From contig CAVTUQ010000022.1 of the NCBI GenBank assembly GCA_963737905.1, positions 64,001-128,000 of the forward strand: a stretch of DNA of 64,000 nt, written 5' to 3'. The translations under genes and the position numbers were made by a program. The notes beneath the pieces were generated by a model that ran no database searches, was not told where the DNA came from, and saw nothing but the letters and a program-made list of their open reading frames with translations. Positions 1-10,927 of the stretch are shown here, in pieces (position 1 is the stretch's first letter; each line of letters begins with the position of its first letter). Source of the DNA: an uncultured delta proteobacterium. Lineage in GTDB: Bacteria; Desulfobacterota; Binatia; UBA9968.

Positions 1-351
1 GTGTGGAGCAACGTGTTGCTTCCCTTGAAACTTTATCCGGTGTTGGTGAATGCAGCGCTCTTGGGCGTATTCGCTTACAGCCTTATTTCCCCTCCTTCGA
101 TGATCGAGCGTTTGGCTCGCATTCGCGAGGCCAATCTTCCGACGCGGGCCATCGGCTATACTCAACGGGTGACGCAAGTCTGGTGTATTTTTTTCGCCGC
201 TAACGGTGTGATTGCGCTCATCACCGCGTTATGGGCCTCGTCGGCTACCTGGACGTTGTATAACGGAGTCATCGCATATCTAATGATGGGGCTTTTATTT
301 GCAGGAGAGTATGTCGTTCGTTGGCATTTCAAAAGGCAACTGAATGCCTGA
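1..351 (+). CDS. APE-cluster membrane protein (COG4648-like), 5'-truncated
   Basis: Hydrophobic ORF with LYPVLVN, SMIERLAR, YTQRVTQVW and WTLYNG-Y motifs typical of this family. Confidence 0.8.
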   Translation: MWSNVLLPLKLYPVLVNAALLGVFAYSLISPPSMIERLARIREANLPTRAIGYTQRVTQVWCIFFAANGVIALITALWASSATWTLYNGVIAYLMMGLLFAGEYVVRWHFKRQLNA

Positions 352-2068
352 ATTCCTCGATATGTTGAGCCTGCTCATCACCGCACGAAAGCCCGGCCAC
401 AGGGTGGGTTGGCGTCTTGAACGATCGGTTGGGTATGAGGATTTCCTTGCCCGCGTACGAGCGTGGCGAGACCTCCTTCAGCGCAAATCGGGCCAAGCAT
501 TCGCACTTTACCTCAATGATAGCATTGAGTTCGCTAGTGCGCTGTTTGGAGCTTGGGCGGCCGGTAAGATGATTTACCTTCCTGGCGATACGTTGCCCGC
601 TACCTGCGCGTACCTCGGTCAAACTGTGCATGGCTATTTGGGCGACTTCTCATCCGAATGGAATCCCATTATGCCGGCAGCGCAATGCGTAAAGGCTCAC
701 GGTGATGCCTTCGATCGTTTGAGTGGTGACTTTGTCGGTTTGGTGCTCTTCACATCTGGAAGTACCGGTGCGCCGCAAGCCATTCCGAAAAAGCTGTCAC
801 AGATATCGCGAGAAGTGGCGACCCTTGAAACGCAGTTTGGGGAGTTTTTGGGCGGCGTCGACGTAATAACTACCGTGTCCCATCAACATATTTACGGTCT
901 GCTCTTCAATGTCTTGTGGCCGCTGACAGCGGGTCGGGCATTACACGCGAGAAGCTTTTCATTTCCGCAGGAGTTAATGGCGGTATTGGCGGAACGCGAT
1001 GGTCTGCTAGTATCCAGCCCGGCTCATCTGAAACGTTTGCCGGAACATCCCGCCTGGGCGATGATGTCGAACCGGTTGCGCGCGGTGTTTTCGTCCGGTG
1101 GACCTCTATCGTTCGACGTTGCCTGTGACGCAAAACGGTTACTGGGTTCCGTGCCGATTGAAGTCTATGGAAGCTCTGAGACGGGTGGCATTGCCTGGCG
1201 TCAGCAACATACGAGCATGGATGAAGCATGGACTCCCATGCCGGGTGTTACGTGTCGTATCGATTCTGAAGGCGTTTTAGAAGTTCGCTCGCCGCATTTA
1301 CCTGACGAAGACTGGTTTCGAACGGCGGACCGTGCCCTATCCCTGGGAGACCACCGTTTCCTGGTCAAGGGACGCGTCGATCGGATTGTCAAAATCGAGG
1401 AAAAGCGGATATCGCTCACTGCGATTGAATCTGAACTGACCGCATCCCCCATGGTGGCTCATGCCCGCGTGATTGTCGTGGAAGGGCGACGCCCGCGGAT
1501 TGCCGCCTTCATCGTGCCGTCGGTGATCGGTCGAAGCAAGCTGGCGGAGCTCGGTAAGTTAGTTTTCAATCGAATGCTGCGCGATAAGCTCGGCCAATCC
1601 GTTGAGCGCGTTGGAATACCCAGGATCTGGCGTTATCTCGATGTTTTGCCAACAAACGCGCAGGGCAAGACAACGCATGCCGACTTGATTGCATTGCTCG
1701 ACGACGAGCAGTCTCGTTCTACACTTCCGCTTCAGTGTCTCCTCGAAAGAGAGGCAGAGCGTGCCGTGCTCCAGCTGAGCGCTCCAAGCGACCTGTGTTA
1801 TTTTGATGGCCATTTTCCCGGCGTGCCGATTCTCGCCGGTGTGGTCCAAATTCATTGGGTGATTGCTTACGGGCGACAATGTTTTGATTTGCCGCCAGTC
1901 TTTCGGGGAATCCACGCGCTGAAATTTCAGCGTATAATCGGGCCAGAAAAGCCGTTTACAGTAGAGCTTATCCATGAGCCCGCGAAGTCATGCTTGTCCT
2001 TCAAGATCACTTCGTCAGTCGGCACGCATACCAGCGGAAGAGTAATGTTTGGACCGGCGGATGTTTAA
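344..2068 (+). CDS. AMP-binding acyl-ACP/CoA ligase fused to a C-terminal FabA/FabZ-like hot-dog domain
   Basis: FTSGSTGAP P-loop, YGSSETGG, GRVDRIVK; C-terminal FDGHFPGVPILAGV. Confidence 0.9.
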   Translation: MPEFLDMLSLLITARKPGHRVGWRLERSVGYEDFLARVRAWRDLLQRKSGQAFALYLNDSIEFASALFGAWAAGKMIYLPGDTLPATCAYLGQTVHGYLGDFSSEWNPIMPAAQCVKAHGDAFDRLSGDFVGLVLFTSGSTGAPQAIPKKLSQISREVATLETQFGEFLGGVDVITTVSHQHIYGLLFNVLWPLTAGRALHARSFSFPQELMAVLAERDGLLVSSPAHLKRLPEHPAWAMMSNRLRAVFSSGGPLSFDVACDAKRLLGSVPIEVYGSSETGGIAWRQQHTSMDEAWTPMPGVTCRIDSEGVLEVRSPHLPDEDWFRTADRALSLGDHRFLVKGRVDRIVKIEEKRISLTAIESELTASPMVAHARVIVVEGRRPRIAAFIVPSVIGRSKLAELGKLVFNRMLRDKLGQSVERVGIPRIWRYLDVLPTNAQGKTTHADLIALLDDEQSRSTLPLQCLLEREAERAVLQLSAPSDLCYFDGHFPGVPILAGVVQIHWVIAYGRQCFDLPPVFRGIHALKFQRIIGPEKPFTVELIHEPAKSCLSFKITSSVGTHTSGRVMFGPADV

Positions 2069-2804
2069 ACCCTGTGTAGTAATCCCGGTTTACAACCATG
2101 AACATGCGATCGATGCCGTAGTTCGTGGGGTCCTTGCACAGAACTTGTCGTGCATACTCGTGGATGACGGCAGTTCATCGGGATGCGCTCGCATGCTTGA
2201 TGTGCTGGTTGCCGGCGCGCCGACACAGATCACCTTGATTCGGCATCCGGTCAATCGCGGCAAAGGGAGCGCCGTGCTTACGGGTGTCAGATACGCTATT
2301 CAGGCGGGTTATACTCACGCGCTCCAGATTGATGCCGACGGCCAGCACCGGGTATCCGATATTTCGCGTTTTCTGGAGCAAGCAGCCGCACGTCCACAGG
2401 CGCTCATTGTCGGTTGCGCGGAGTACGGAGCCACAGTGCCCTGGGTCCGGTTTTACGCCCGGTATTTAAATCATGTTTGGGTTTGGATTAATACGTTGTC
2501 GCTGCAAATCAAGGATTCGATGTGCGGCTTTCGGGTCTACCCGCTTGCGCCTATCATCGCACTAGACCAGCGGCAGAAGTTGGGCGCGCGGATGAATTTT
2601 GATGTCGAAGTACTGGTCCGACTATATTGGGACGGACTGGAAATTATCAACGTTCCGACACCGGTCAGCTATCCCAGCGATGGGGTCTCGCATTTTCGGC
2701 TCGTGTTGGATAATTTCCTAATTTCGCGAATGCACACGATCTTATTCTTCGGCATGTTGTTGCGCCTGTCAATGCTAATCGCGCGCCATCGGAGGTCTCG
2801 ATGA
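2061..2804 (+). CDS. Glycosyltransferase family 2
   Basis: VVIPVYN, LVDDGS, NRGKG, QIDADGQH, DSMCGFRVYP. Confidence 0.92.
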   Translation: MFKPCVVIPVYNHEHAIDAVVRGVLAQNLSCILVDDGSSSGCARMLDVLVAGAPTQITLIRHPVNRGKGSAVLTGVRYAIQAGYTHALQIDADGQHRVSDISRFLEQAAARPQALIVGCAEYGATVPWVRFYARYLNHVWVWINTLSLQIKDSMCGFRVYPLAPIIALDQRQKLGARMNFDVEVLVRLYWDGLEIINVPTPVSYPSDGVSHFRLVLDNFLISRMHTILFFGMLLRLSMLIARHRRSR

Positions 2805-3769
2805 CGCAGCCCTTGTTGGAGACAAGGCGGCAACATTGGGCGCAAATTAACGAGTTTAGCTCTGTTGCCGGTATGCGCCTGCTGTTTTTGATCTGTCGTA
2901 TACTGGGGCGTTGGCCGTTTCGTGTTGTGCTGTACCCGGTCTTGCTCTGGTACATGGTCACCAAACCGGAGGCGCGAGCCTCATCGAGTGATTACCTTAG
3001 ACGGTTCGCTGCGTTTCAGGGTGCTTTGCTGATTAGACCTGGCTGGGTCACCGTGTTGCGTCACTTTGCGTCATTTGCCGAGAATCTGCTTGACAAGATG
3101 CTACTGTGGACTGGATCGTTCAAAACCGATCGTGTTGAGTTTAACGGCCGGGAACTAATGGTTGCTCAAATGGCTGCGCAGCGCGGTGGCCTGCTAATTT
3201 GCTCTCATCTGGGCAATCTGGATTTGTGTCGGGTGCTGTCCAAGCGGGTTGCATTAAAACTGACGGTGCTGGTCCATACAAAACACGCAGAGAGATTCAA
3301 TCGTTTGTTGGCGCAACTTGACCCCGAGAGTCAGCTCAATCTCATGCAGGTGACCGAGGTGTCTCCAGCGACAGCCGTGATGCTATCCGAGAAAGTCCGG
3401 CGCGGTGAATTCGTTGCGATCGCTGGCGATCGCATTCCCGTGTCATCAAACCCTCGGGTTGCTATGGCCAAATTCCTCGGAGAGATCGCACCCTTCCCAG
3501 TTGGGCCATACATTCTGGCGAGCCTGCTGCGTTGTCCGGTTTATCTGCTGTTTTCCCTCCGCACCGGGGACACTTCGGAAATTCACTTCGAGCTGTTCCG
3601 TGAGTCGATTCATCTACCCCGCAAGGGTCGGGATGAAGTACTCGCTGGACTTGTGGGAGAATATGCCCGTCGGCTGGAGCATTTCTGCTTGCGGGCGCCA
3701 CTGCAATGGTTCAATTTTTACGATTTTTGGCATTTACCCACGTTGGACACGCCTGATGCACCCCGCTGA
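2801..3769 (+). CDS. LpxL/LpxP-like acyltransferase
   Basis: SHLGNLD (HxxxxD), AGDR, P-QWFNFYDFW. Confidence 0.88.
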   Translation: MTQPLLETRRQHWAQINEFSSVAGMRLLFLICRILGRWPFRVVLYPVLLWYMVTKPEARASSSDYLRRFAAFQGALLIRPGWVTVLRHFASFAENLLDKMLLWTGSFKTDRVEFNGRELMVAQMAAQRGGLLICSHLGNLDLCRVLSKRVALKLTVLVHTKHAERFNRLLAQLDPESQLNLMQVTEVSPATAVMLSEKVRRGEFVAIAGDRIPVSSNPRVAMAKFLGEIAPFPVGPYILASLLRCPVYLLFSLRTGDTSEIHFELFRESIHLPRKGRDEVLAGLVGEYARRLEHFCLRAPLQWFNFYDFWHLPTLDTPDAPR

Positions 3770-5320
3770 CCTGAAGAACCCAACCTCAGCCCGTACGATT
3801 GAATTTGACAATGGACCGCTGAAAATCGAGGACATTGTGGACATCGCGGAAAGGCTCGGCTAACGTCATGCTGTCCGATGCTACTGAATTTCGATCTGCC
3901 ATTGCGCGAGGGGCGGACTTTGTGGAACGTCTGTTGCGCGAAAAGGGCACGATCTATGGTGTCACCACCGGCTACGGCGATTCGTGCACCGTGCCGGTCC
4001 CGCTTGAGCTGGTCGCCGAGTTGCCGCGCCAGCTCTATATCTATCACGGCTGTGGACTGGGCGAGTATTTGAGTCCGGTACAGACGCGCGCCGTGATCGC
4101 AACCCGCCTCACGTCGTTGTCCAAAGGGTTCTCTGGCGTCAGTCTGGAACTGCTGCAACAGATGGTGAGGTTACTGCAGTGCGATTTATTGCCATTGATT
4201 CCATCTGAAGGCTCAGTGGGTGCCAGCGGCGATCTCACTCCGCTATCGTACCTCGCTGCTGTTTTGTGCGGCGAGGGTGAAGTTTGGCGCAACGGCGTCC
4301 AGGTAGGCGCCGCGCAGGCACTGTCTGAGGCTGGTGTCACACCACTGCGACTCCGGCCAAAAGAAGGACTGGCCATCATGAACGGGACGGCGGTCATGAC
4401 CGCTTTGGCGTGCATTGCTTACGTGCGCGCCGATTATCTCACCCGGCTAGTCACTCGCATCACTGCTTTGGCGTCGTTTGCGCTTGACGGCAATGCGCAC
4501 CATTTCGATGCCACGTTATTCTCAGTGAAGCCGCATCCAGGCCTGCAGCGCGTGGCCGGCTGGCTGCGTCAAGACTTGCCGTGCGATCGGCTGGAGCCCA
4601 ACGGAAAGCGCCTGCAGGATCGCTATTCGATCCGCTGCGCGCCCCACGTGATCGGTGTTCTCGCTGACGCGCTGCCCTGGTTGCGCGAGTCCATCGAAAA
4701 TGAACTCAACAGCGCCAACGACAATCCCATCGTCGATGCGGAAGGCGAAAGCGTCCTGTATGGCGGTCATTTTTACGGCGGGCATATCGCGTTTGCTATG
4801 GACAGCATGAAAAATGCCGTCGCAAACCTGGCGGATCTGCTTGACCGGCAGATGGCACTGCTGGTGGATAGCCGGTACAACAATGGTTTGCCGGCCAACT
4901 TGTCTGGGGTTCAAGGGCCACGTGCAGCGATCAATCATGGGCTCAAGGCGTTGCAGATCGGCGCTTCGGCATGGACAGCGGAGGCGCTCAAGTTGACCAT
5001 GCCGGCATCGGTGTTCTCGCGTTCGACGGAGTGCCACAACCAGGACAAAGTCAGCATGGGTACCATTGCGGCACGCGATTGTTTGCGTGTGCTCGAATTG
5101 GTGGAGCAAGTCGTTGCGGCGCTGCTGATCGCTGTTCGTCAAGGAGTCTGGCTCCGTTGCAGAGTGAATCGATCCGTGGCTCCGGGGGCGGCATTGAAGA
5201 CGCATGATGGACGCCCTGAATACCGATATCAACGTGATCGAGGAAGATCGTCGACTGGAGCCGGATTTGCGACTACTACTGGAGCGGATCCGTGGCCGCG
5301 TCTGGAAACTGTATGAGTAA
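3756..5320 (+). CDS. HAL/PAL/TAL aromatic amino-acid ammonia-lyase (apparent frameshifts near 3850 and 5200)
   Basis: YGVTTGYG, GASGDL (MIO-forming ASG), QDRYSIRC, NDNP, HNQDKVSMG; N- and C-termini lie in neighbouring frames. Confidence 0.9.
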
Positions 5321-5742
5321 GTTACCGAGTCGGCTGGTCTGCCGAGGCCGAGATACAAGTTCAGTTTTTTGATCTCGATCCCATGGAAGTTGTTTGGCAT
5401 GGCCACTATGTCAAATACCTGGAAGTTGCGCGTTGCGCCTTACTCGATACGATCGATTACAACTACACTCAGATGAAAGCGTCGGGTTATGTGTGGCCAG
5501 TGATCGATATGCACCTGCGTTATATCGATTCGGCCACGTTTGGGCAGCGGCTCAAGCTGCGTGCCGAGGTTGTCGAGTGGGAAAACCGTCTCAAGATCGA
5601 TTATCTGATCACCGATGCCGCCAGCGGACGCCGGCTCCTCCGTGCCAGCACGACGCAAGTTGCCGTCGATATGACGACGCGGGAGATGTGCTTTGTATCC
5701 CCGGCGGTACTATTTCAAAAATTAAGAATTTCACAACCATGA
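5313..5742 (+). CDS. 4-hydroxybenzoyl-CoA-type acyl-CoA thioesterase (frameshift near the start)
   Basis: FFDLDPMEVVWHGHYVKYLEVAR hot-dog thioesterase motif. Confidence 0.88.
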
Positions 5743-6342
5743 AATTTTGGTTCATGGCCTGTAGTTTGGTGTTTGCCTCGATGCCGCTGTGGGCCGCCGC
5801 CCCGGTAGAAGAAATTCAATCGATGCTAGCCAAGCCGAAGGTGTTATGCGGGCACTTCGACCAGACGAAGCAACTAACAGGATTGAAAAAGCCGATGGTT
5901 TCAAACGGCCGCTTCTGCGTGGTTGCCGACAAAGGGGTATTATGGCGGACCTTGCAGCCGTTCCCCACTACTGTGCGGCTCACACGCGATGAAATCGTCC
6001 ATCTGCAAGGAGACCGAGTGACGATGCGGCTTGACGCGAAACAAGAGCCAGCGGTGCGAATGATCAACGGCGTCTTGTTCGCCTTGTTGGCGGGCGATCT
6101 GGGCGAAATCGAAAAACTGTTCGAGGTCGACGGCGCCATTCAGGACCATAGCTGGAGGGTGACCCTCAAAGCGCGCGAGCCGGCCTTGGCGAGGGCCATC
6201 TCCAGCGTCGCGCTTGAAGGCGGCGCGCATGTTAAGAACATCACAATCAGCGAGACGAGCGGCGACCGCACCCAGCATCGTGTTCTCTAAGATCCAGACG
6301 GGTGACGGCGCGATGAGTGTTGATGAGGCGGCTTTGTTTTGA
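5739..6342 (+). CDS. LolA-like outer-membrane lipoprotein carrier (frameshift near 6275)
   Basis: Signal peptide, then F-Q-K-L-GL--P--S-G-F and GVLW-T--PF. Confidence 0.8.
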
Positions 6343-8678
6343 GCCAGCGCGTGGTGCTTGCCTGGGTGTGGGCGTTGGTTGTCTGTTTGTTACTGGCCCA
6401 TAACGCTTATCTATGGCTTCGTGGGCGCATCGCCCCCGACAGCGATATTCTCGCGCTCTTGCCGGTGCAAGAGCGCGATCCTGTGCTCCAGCAGGCCTTC
6501 ACCCGCATGGTCGATTCAGGTCAGCAGCGACTGATCGTACTTATGGGCGCAGAGGACTGGGCGGCGGCTTACCGCGCTGCCGACGCCTACGACCGTGTGC
6601 TGGCGGGGCGTTCTGACCTGCTGCAAGCTGCCGATCCTATGACCGGTCAACGTGAATCGATGGCATCGTTTCAATCGCATCGGCTCAACCTACTTACGCC
6701 ACAAGCCGAAGCGGATTTGCGAAGCCAACCCAAACAGTATTGGACGGATATCGCATTGGCCAAGCTATATAGCCCGTTCGCTGGATTTCAGTTGGGCGCT
6801 TGGCGGGACGATCCGTTCGGTCTGTTTGGCCGCTGGGTTCAAGCCCGTGCCCAAGAGACGCCGGTGCGGCCGCGTGATGGCCGACTCTTTGTTAGTGGCC
6901 TCCAGCGTCAATATGTGGTGATGCCGTTCGCCCTGCGCGTCCCGGCGTTTTCAATGGAGGCTCAGCAGGCGGTCATGCCCTTGTTGGAGCAAGCCCGACA
7001 CGCCGCGAAAAAAGCGGTTCCGCAAGTCGAGGTCATAGTCGCGGGCGTGATTCTCCACGCCGCTGCTGCCGGTGACCAGGCGAGACACGAAATGTCCACC
7101 ATCGGTATCGGTTCGAGCGTCGGCGTCGTCTTACTGATATGGGTTACGTTTCGCCGGCTCTATCCGATAGCGATGATCCTGTTATCGATTAGTGTGGGCT
7201 GTCTCGGCGCGCTATCCGTGTGCTCATGGCTGTTTGGCCGGCTGCATATGTTAACTCTGGTATTCGGCGCTAGCCTCGTTGGCGTTGCTCAAGACTATGG
7301 GATTTACTTCCTGTGCCATCGGCTCGGCGTGGCGGCACAGCTTGATTCAGGACAATTGTTGCGGCGACTGTTGCCGGGATTGGTATTGACATTGGTCACG
7401 ACGCTCATCGGCTATTTCGGACTGCTATTGGCGCCGTTCCCCGGCTTGCAGCAGATGGCGGTATTTTCTACCGTCGGATTAATATTTGCCTGGCTGACGG
7501 TAGTGTTTTGGTTTCCTATACGGGCGTATCCCAGCGCGCCTAAAGGCGCGCGACTGGTGCAATGGTATACCGACAGTTTAGCGCGCTGGCCGGTTCTGTG
7601 CGTCAATCGATCAACACTGTTGGTGGCCGTGTTGTTCATCGCTTTCGCGGTTTTTGGCTTCTGGCGATTGGATTTCAACGATGATATCCGTTTGTTGCAC
7701 AACCCGCCAAAAAACTTGATCGACGACCAAGTTAAACTGAGCCGCCTGTTAGATACTCCATCGCCGGTCCAATTTTATATCGTCCGTGGCACTACGCCTG
7801 AAGTGGTTCTGCAGCGTGAGGAAATGCTCAAGCAGCGGCTAGATCCGCTGATCGAAGAGCACATCATCAGCGGCTATCAAGCCAGCTCAAACTGGGTGCC
7901 GTCCCTTCGAGCCCAGACGACACACCGCCAACTGGTCGAAGAGACGTTATTGAACGAAGATGGGCCACTGAGGGCGCTGGCCCTACGGATCGGCGAGAAC
8001 GGTGGATGGGTCGCCGCCACACGGCAGCACTTACTTACTTCAGCATTGACACTGACCCCGGACGATTTCCTGAAAACTCCAGCTAGCGAACCCTGGCGCC
8101 ATCTTTGGCTCGGTCAGATGGAGGGTGGTTATTCTAGCATTGTCGCGTTGCGTGGATTGAACAAGACCGGCTTGCCCGTATTGCAGTATGCCGCCGCGGG
8201 ACTTGAAGGCGTGCGATGGGTAGATCAGGTCCACGAAATTTCATCTGTGCTCGGCCGCTATCGCAAATATATGAGCTGGGTGGTCCTATTCTCTTACATG
8301 GCTGTGTATTGCTTGTTGTTCCCACGCTATCGTAGCGCCGCTTGGCGCGCGCTCACACCCACCGCACTAGCGAGTGTCGCCACGCTCGCGCTGCTGGGAA
8401 TGGCTGGTCATAGCCTGCAGTTGTTCCATATGTTGGCCTTGATGCTGATAATGGGAATCGGGGTCGATTACGGTATTTTTCTCCAGGAGAATTCGACTCA
8501 CTGCCACCAAGCCGGATGGCTCGCGACGGGTTTGTCGGCATTGAGTACCCTGCTTTCCTTCGGCCTGCTTGGTTTGAGCAAGACGCCTGCACTGCAAGCG
8601 TTCGGCCTAACCATGTCAATCGGTATAGCCACGGTTTGGTTGGTCGTTCCATGCTTTAGGAATGACCCAACACAGTAA
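6339..8678 (+). CDS. MMPL/RND-like exporter of the APE cluster
   Basis: 779 aa, two TM bundles with GVAQDYG and GIGVDYG motifs. Confidence 0.88.
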   Translation: MSQRVVLAWVWALVVCLLLAHNAYLWLRGRIAPDSDILALLPVQERDPVLQQAFTRMVDSGQQRLIVLMGAEDWAAAYRAADAYDRVLAGRSDLLQAADPMTGQRESMASFQSHRLNLLTPQAEADLRSQPKQYWTDIALAKLYSPFAGFQLGAWRDDPFGLFGRWVQARAQETPVRPRDGRLFVSGLQRQYVVMPFALRVPAFSMEAQQAVMPLLEQARHAAKKAVPQVEVIVAGVILHAAAAGDQARHEMSTIGIGSSVGVVLLIWVTFRRLYPIAMILLSISVGCLGALSVCSWLFGRLHMLTLVFGASLVGVAQDYGIYFLCHRLGVAAQLDSGQLLRRLLPGLVLTLVTTLIGYFGLLLAPFPGLQQMAVFSTVGLIFAWLTVVFWFPIRAYPSAPKGARLVQWYTDSLARWPVLCVNRSTLLVAVLFIAFAVFGFWRLDFNDDIRLLHNPPKNLIDDQVKLSRLLDTPSPVQFYIVRGTTPEVVLQREEMLKQRLDPLIEEHIISGYQASSNWVPSLRAQTTHRQLVEETLLNEDGPLRALALRIGENGGWVAATRQHLLTSALTLTPDDFLKTPASEPWRHLWLGQMEGGYSSIVALRGLNKTGLPVLQYAAAGLEGVRWVDQVHEISSVLGRYRKYMSWVVLFSYMAVYCLLFPRYRSAAWRALTPTALASVATLALLGMAGHSLQLFHMLALMLIMGIGVDYGIFLQENSTHCHQAGWLATGLSALSTLLSFGLLGLSKTPALQAFGLTMSIGIATVWLVVPCFRNDPTQ

Positions 8679-8725
8679 ATGAATATAGAACAGAACCAAC
8701 CGGTGCTTGGCGACGCGGAGGAACT

Positions 8726-9286
8726 ATGCTACCAGGAGTGATCCGGAGTCTTGTCGCATTTGGGTTCTTCGCTCTGTGGCTTAGTGGTTGTGCGACCTCA
8801 GGATCTCACCCCGCTCGGCTTGGACTGAAGCTGCCGCCGGCGTCGCTGGGTTCATCGATTACCTTGCAGCAACATCTCACTGTGGAGCGAGGGGCGCATA
8901 TAGACGAGCTGGACGCGGCGTTGGAAATCGATCCGCAGCGCCTTGACCTGGTTGGGCTCGCACTCGGCCAGCGCGTGCTGACGCTGCATTATGATGGGGA
9001 GAAGCTCCAGTCCTGGCGGCACTCGATGCTACCGGCTCAACTGCGTGACGAAGATGTGTTGGAAGATCTTCAACTCACAATTTGGCCCGTTGACGCTATT
9101 CGGCCAGCCTTGCCGGCTGGCTGGCGCATTGAAGAAAGCGGTTTGCGCCGTACGCTCCTAAGAAACGATATGCCGGTAATGGTGATCGACTATAGTGGTC
9201 AGCCGCGCTGGATCGGGAAAATAGAATTATCCAATCTGCAGTACCACTACCGGCTGACTATTCGGTCGGTTTCTAGCGGTCCTTGA
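8726..9286 (+). CDS. Lipoprotein, DUF3261-like
   Basis: Lipobox LSGC; VLEDLQLTIWP; position between MMPL and KS. Confidence 0.75.
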   Translation: MLPGVIRSLVAFGFFALWLSGCATSGSHPARLGLKLPPASLGSSITLQQHLTVERGAHIDELDAALEIDPQRLDLVGLALGQRVLTLHYDGEKLQSWRHSMLPAQLRDEDVLEDLQLTIWPVDAIRPALPAGWRIEESGLRRTLLRNDMPVMVIDYSGQPRWIGKIELSNLQYHYRLTIRSVSSGP

Positions 9287-10473
9287 GCATGCTTTATCTT
9301 AATCAACTGGGAATGATCTGCCCATTGGGCCACACGCGTGATGAGATACGGCGGCGGATGCTGGATCGTTCGCAAAGTGGCGTTGCAATGACGGACACCT
9401 ATTCGCCCGGGCACCCGTTGCCGCTCGGCGCGGTCGATACCACACGCCAACTTCCACCGTTAGACCAATTGCCTTTGGATCATCGTAGCCGCAACAATCA
9501 GCTTGCATTGGGAGCGCTGATTGAGATCCGAGCGGCGGTAGAGGCGGCCATCGAACGCTATGGTGCCGGCCGGATCGGCATTGTGATCGGTACGAGTACG
9601 TCGGGAATTGCAAACAGCGAATCGGCATTGCGCCAATATGTCACGACGGGCGTATTACCGGAGCAATTTCATTATGGTCAGCAGGAATTGGGTTCCCCCG
9701 CGGCTATGCTAGCCGCCACGCTCGGCGTTGGCGGGCCAGCTTATGTTCATTCGAGCGCCTGCGCGTCGAGCTCGAAAGCGCTCGCCAGTGCCGCTCGTTT
9801 GATCCGGATGGGTGCTTGCGATGCGGTTCTAACGGGCGGGGTGGATTCACTGTGCGCTTTCACCGTCGCCGGATTCAAAGCGCTTGAATCGATCAGTGAG
9901 ACCCAATGCAACCCGCTCAGCCGGAACCGTAACGGCATCAATATTGGGGAGGGGGCTGCGTTGTTTCTGATGAGCACTGAGCCGGCCGTGGTTGCCCTGC
10001 GCGGTTGGGGCGAGTCGTCCGACGGTTATCACATGTCGGCGCCCGATCCTGCCGGCGTGGGCGCCCGACTGGCGATCGAGCGTGCTTTGGCGCGGGCGTA
10101 TATTCCAGCCGCAAAGATCGATTATGTGAATCTGCATGGCACCGGGACGTTACAAAATGATGCGATGGAATCGCGAGTGATTCATGCGCTGTTCGGCGGC
10201 GCGGTTCCAGTTAGCTCAACCAAGCCGTTTACCGGCCACGCGCTGGGTGCGGCTGGTGCCATTGAGGCCGGATTATGCTGGTTGGCGATGCAGGATGAAA
10301 ATCCTGAGGGAAAGCTGCCACCTCATCTGTGGGATGGTGTGCCCGATCCCGACTTGCCGGCGTTGAGTGTGGCTGAACCTGGAAGCAGTCTCGGGCACCC
10401 GTTGCGTTGGGTCTTGAGCAATTCGTTTGCCTTCGGCGGTGCGAACGCAACGCTCGTGCTTGCGAGGGAGTGA
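9283..10473 (+). CDS. Beta-ketoacyl-ACP synthase (KS)
   Basis: SACASS catalytic Cys, HGTGT, GHALGA, NSFAFGG. Confidence 0.92.
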   Translation: MSMLYLNQLGMICPLGHTRDEIRRRMLDRSQSGVAMTDTYSPGHPLPLGAVDTTRQLPPLDQLPLDHRSRNNQLALGALIEIRAAVEAAIERYGAGRIGIVIGTSTSGIANSESALRQYVTTGVLPEQFHYGQQELGSPAAMLAATLGVGGPAYVHSSACASSSKALASAARLIRMGACDAVLTGGVDSLCAFTVAGFKALESISETQCNPLSRNRNGINIGEGAALFLMSTEPAVVALRGWGESSDGYHMSAPDPAGVGARLAIERALARAYIPAAKIDYVNLHGTGTLQNDAMESRVIHALFGGAVPVSSTKPFTGHALGAAGAIEAGLCWLAMQDENPEGKLPPHLWDGVPDPDLPALSVAEPGSSLGHPLRWVLSNSFAFGGANATLVLARE

Positions 10474-10474
10474 T

Positions 10475-10927
10475 ATGGCCATTCCGGACGTCCGATCGCT
10501 GGTTCCGCACGCAGGTCCGATGGTAATGCTTGATCGCGTCATCTCAGTCGACGAAGAGAGCTTGTGCGCTGAAGTCGGCATTAGGTCGGACACTTTGTTT
10601 TGTGGCCCTGACGGCGTCGGTACCTGGGTTGGGATTGAATATATGGCGCAGGGGATCGCGGCATGGGCGGGGTATAACGCCCAATTGCGTGGGGAGCCGA
10701 TCAAACTTGGATTTTTGCTGGGAACCAGGCGTTATGAATGCAGTCGGCCGAATTTTGTGTTGGGCAGCTTGCTGCGGGTTCATGTCCGGCGTCTATTTCA
10801 GAGCGAAAATGGGTTGGGTTCGTTTGAGTGCTACATCGACAATGAGGAAGGGCGGGTCGCCACAGCCACCGTCACCGTGTTTCAGCCCCCCAATGTAGAC
10901 GATTTCGTCAAGGGTGGATCGGAATGA
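10475..10927 (+). CDS. FabA-like 3-hydroxyacyl-ACP dehydratase (ApeP-like)
   Basis: LVPHAGPM, IEYMAQ, GFLLGTR. Confidence 0.85.
   Translation: MAIPDVRSLVPHAGPMVMLDRVISVDEESLCAEVGIRSDTLFCGPDGVGTWVGIEYMAQGIAAWAGYNAQLRGEPIKLGFLLGTRRYECSRPNFVLGSLLRVHVRRLFQSENGLGSFECYIDNEEGRVATATVTVFQPPNVDDFVKGGSE

Noticed and set aside
4522-5406. Long antisense ORFs (also 15984-16745, 23929-24585, 51496-52218, 63338-63928)
   Set aside because: Shadows of well-supported genes on the opposite strand, with no motifs of their own.
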